A DNA stretch of 64,000 nt from an uncultured Acidimicrobiia bacterium (GTDB lineage: Bacteria > Acidobacteriota > Terriglobia > Versatilivoradales > Versatilivoraceae), in the NCBI GenBank assembly GCA_963786955.1, contig CAWBAT010000004.1:384001-448000 (forward strand), read 5' to 3'. Position numbers and translations under genes: made by a program. How positions within the stretch are numbered: the first letter of the stretch is position 1; each line of letters starts with the position of its first letter. Below are positions 61,659-64,000 of the stretch, in pieces. The notes below the pieces were generated by a model. That model was given only the letters and a program-made list of their open reading frames with translations, was not told the DNA's origin and searched no databases.

Positions 61659-62279
61659 TTATGTACCTCCGAAGGTTTTAATGATGGATTGAATCCGATG
61701 GGTCATGCGCCCTTTCCGGCATCGTTCAGCCAGGACGATGCTGCGCATCGATTCCATCGCCTGGGAAAAATCGTCGTTAATGATGACATAGTCATAGTTA
61801 TCGTATTGATAAATTTCTTTTTCTGCGGCCCACTGGAGCCGCTTCTGGATGGTTTCGGGATTATCCTGTTTGCGGAGTTCCAGTCGTTTCCGAAGCACTT
61901 CGTAGGAGGGTGGCATGATGAAGATGGAAACCACTTCGGGAAGCTTCTTTCTTACTTGAGCTGCGCCTGCGGTATCAATATCAAGCAGGATATCCTTCCC
62001 CTTTTCCACAACATCTTCCAGCGACACGCTGGCCGTCCCGTAATAGTGATCAAAAACCTTCGCGTATTCAACAAACTTATCCTCTTCAATCATTTTCTCG
62101 AAAACCATTCGATCGACAAAGTGATACTCTTTTCCAGTTAATTCCTGCCCTCGCGGCTGCCGGGTCGTGTAGGAAACAGAGAAAACCAGATTGGAAACAA
62201 GCTGGATTAAGCCTTTGACAAGGGTCGATTTCCCTGCCCCTGATGGTGCTGAAACAATATAAACTTTCCCTCGCTCCAC
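61659..62279 (-). CDS. gmk: Guanylate kinase
   Basis: APSGAGKST, SYTTR and YYGT motifs. Confidence 0.97.
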   Translation of the reverse strand: MERGKVYIVSAPSGAGKSTLVKGLIQLVSNLVFSVSYTTRQPRGQELTGKEYHFVDRMVFEKMIEEDKFVEYAKVFDHYYGTASVSLEDVVEKGKDILLDIDTAGAAQVRKKLPEVVSIFIMPPSYEVLRKRLELRKQDNPETIQKRLQWAAEKEIYQYDNYDYVIINDDFSQAMESMRSIVLAERCRKGRMTHRIQSIIKTFGGT

Positions 62280-62304
62280 GATTTTTCTGCCTTTGAACCC
62301 TGGC

Positions 62305-63201
62305 TTATTCTACATTTTGAATCTGTTCGCGAATTTTTTCGACATCCGTCTTAATGCCGATGGCCGCGGTGGCGATCTCCAAACCATTTCCGGTGATTCC
62401 GGTCGTCTTGGAAAGGATGGTATTGGCCTCCCGATTCATCTCTTGAGACAGGAAATCCAGAGTTTTCCCCACCTCCTCTCCGTTCCTGACCATCTCGGCA
62501 AACTGGTTTGTGTGGCTGTGGAGACGAGTCATTTCCTCCGTGATATCGCTCCGCTCAACATAGAGGGCCGCTTCTTGAGCAATCCGGTTGGAATCCAGAG
62601 AGACACCGCGCAAGAGATCCGTCAGACGGGTCCTCAGCCTGTCCTGGTAAGCCTCCAAAGTTCCTTCCATGAGAAGGCTAATCTTGGTGACTTTTTCCTG
62701 AATGGACGCCAATCGGCCAAGAATATCAGCTTCCAATTGATGGCCTTCCTCAATTCGCATTTGTTCGAGATTCCCCACTGCTGCTTCGGTGGCATTCTCA
62801 ATCGTCTCTTCCAAGACACTCGAGGCATCTTCTTGAATGGTCACCGCCTCGAGATTCAGCATCCCGGGGATACGCAAGAGTTGAATCAAATCAATCTCTC
62901 CCGAAAGTCCATATTCTTTTCGGAGCTTCTCCATGGCCCCGAGGTAGGCCCGTAGGAGCGATTCATTTATGGAAACGTCTGACACCCGATTTTGTTCAAG
63001 GGTCACCGTTACATCCAGCCGTCCGCGCTTGATTCGCGACTGGACGAGTTTCTTGATCTTGTTTTCAAAACTAGCCAGTTCGACAGGCAGCCGGATATGA
63101 ATGTCCAGGAAACGATGGTTAACCGCGCGGATTTCAGCGGCGCACACAAATCGTTCCCCTTCGAAACGTCCTCGCCCAAAACCCGTCATGCTTTTGATCA
63201 C
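62305..63201 (-). CDS. YicC/YloC family endoribonuclease
   Basis: SMTGFGR, VNHRFLD, QEMNREANT and REQIQNVE motifs. Confidence 0.95.
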   Translation of the reverse strand: MIKSMTGFGRGRFEGERFVCAAEIRAVNHRFLDIHIRLPVELASFENKIKKLVQSRIKRGRLDVTVTLEQNRVSDVSINESLLRAYLGAMEKLRKEYGLSGEIDLIQLLRIPGMLNLEAVTIQEDASSVLEETIENATEAAVGNLEQMRIEEGHQLEADILGRLASIQEKVTKISLLMEGTLEAYQDRLRTRLTDLLRGVSLDSNRIAQEAALYVERSDITEEMTRLHSHTNQFAEMVRNGEEVGKTLDFLSQEMNREANTILSKTTGITGNGLEIATAAIGIKTDVEKIREQIQNVE

Positions 63202-63216
63202 AGTCTAAAGCTCCAG

Positions 63217-64000
63217 TTAACTTACCCAGGATGAGTCCAAATCGGCAAATTGCAAATCATGCAGCCGACGATAAATTCCTCCTCGCTCTACCAAATCAGC
63301 GTGTGTGCCAATCTCGCTGATCTGGCCTTGATCAATCACAATGATCTTATCTGCTTGCCGGATCGTCGAGAGGCGATGCGCAATGACAAAAACGGTTCGC
63401 CCTTTGATGAGGTTCGAGAGAGCCTTCTGCACCATAATTTCAGATTCTGAATCGAGGGAGGAAGTCGCTTCGTCCAGAATCAGAATGGGGGAATTCTTGA
63501 GAATAGCGCGAGCAATGGCAATCCTCTGGCGCTGCCCTCCGGAAAGATTCTGCCCGCGTTCGCCGATCACCGATTCGTATCCATTCGGTAGTTGTTGGAC
63601 GAACTCGTGTGCCAGTGCGGCATTGGCCGCCTCAATCATTTCTTCCTCGCTCACCTGATCTCTTCCGTAACAGATATTGTTGCGGACCGTATCATTGAAA
63701 AGCACCGTTTCCTGCGTGACCATCCCAATGAGGGATCGCAAAGAACTCAAAGAAACATCGCGAATGTCAATCCCATCAAAGAGAATTTGACCTGAAGTGG
63801 GATCGAAAAATCGCGGGATCAAATTCGCCAAGGTAGTTTTCCCCGAGCCACTGGATCCTACCAGGGCAATCACTTGTCCTGAAGTGACGCAGAGGTCGAC
63901 ATTTTTCAGGACCGGCATATCGCTATCACTGTAGTTGAAGCTGACATCGCGAAATTCTATTTCATCCCGGAATCCTTTCAAGGTGCGAGCTCCGGGTTTC
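63217..64000 (-). CDS. MsbA-like ABC transporter, C-terminal ATPase part (truncated by window edge)
   Basis: GSSGSGKTT, LSGGQRQR, ILDEAT and IAHRLST motifs. Confidence 0.9.
   Translation of the reverse strand, partial: KPGARTLKGFRDEIEFRDVSFNYSDSDMPVLKNVDLCVTSGQVIALVGSSGSGKTTLANLIPRFFDPTSGQILFDGIDIRDVSLSSLRSLIGMVTQETVLFNDTVRNNICYGRDQVSEEEMIEAANAALAHEFVQQLPNGYESVIGERGQNLSGGQRQRIAIARAILKNSPILILDEATSSLDSESEIMVQKALSNLIKGRTVFVIAHRLSTIRQADKIIVIDQGQISEIGTHADLVERGGIYRRLHDLQFADLDSSWVS

Overview
Bacterial chromosomal window, probably from Acidobacteriota (inferred from the tmRNA tag ADQQLALAA, the integrase remnant and the gene order). Housekeeping blocks are rdgB-rph-GerMN-amidase; msbA-yicC-gmk-rpoZ-coaBC-udg...priA; and HU with a site-2 protease. 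It also holds glgC, a pilC/B/M/N/O-type pilus/T2SS cluster with lolA, a 16-kb surface-polysaccharide locus, tRNA-Pro(TGG) and tmRNA. Each RNA gene has a degenerate copy of its 3' end bounding a small decayed island. The most notable feature is a complete IS1111-type (IS110 family) element at 55621-57294. It is inserted into the CA of a REP hairpin, has sub-terminal inverted repeats and a junction promoter, and carries a long (~565 bp) 3' non-coding region. The first stem-loop of that region has guides matching the insertion target, and the same RNA scaffold then repeats with different guide sequences, making it a candidate multi-module bridge-RNA array. Also present are REP-carrying MITE-like elements, a direct-repeat REPIN pair around a frameshifted serine hydrolase, and two unusual multidomain fusion proteins.
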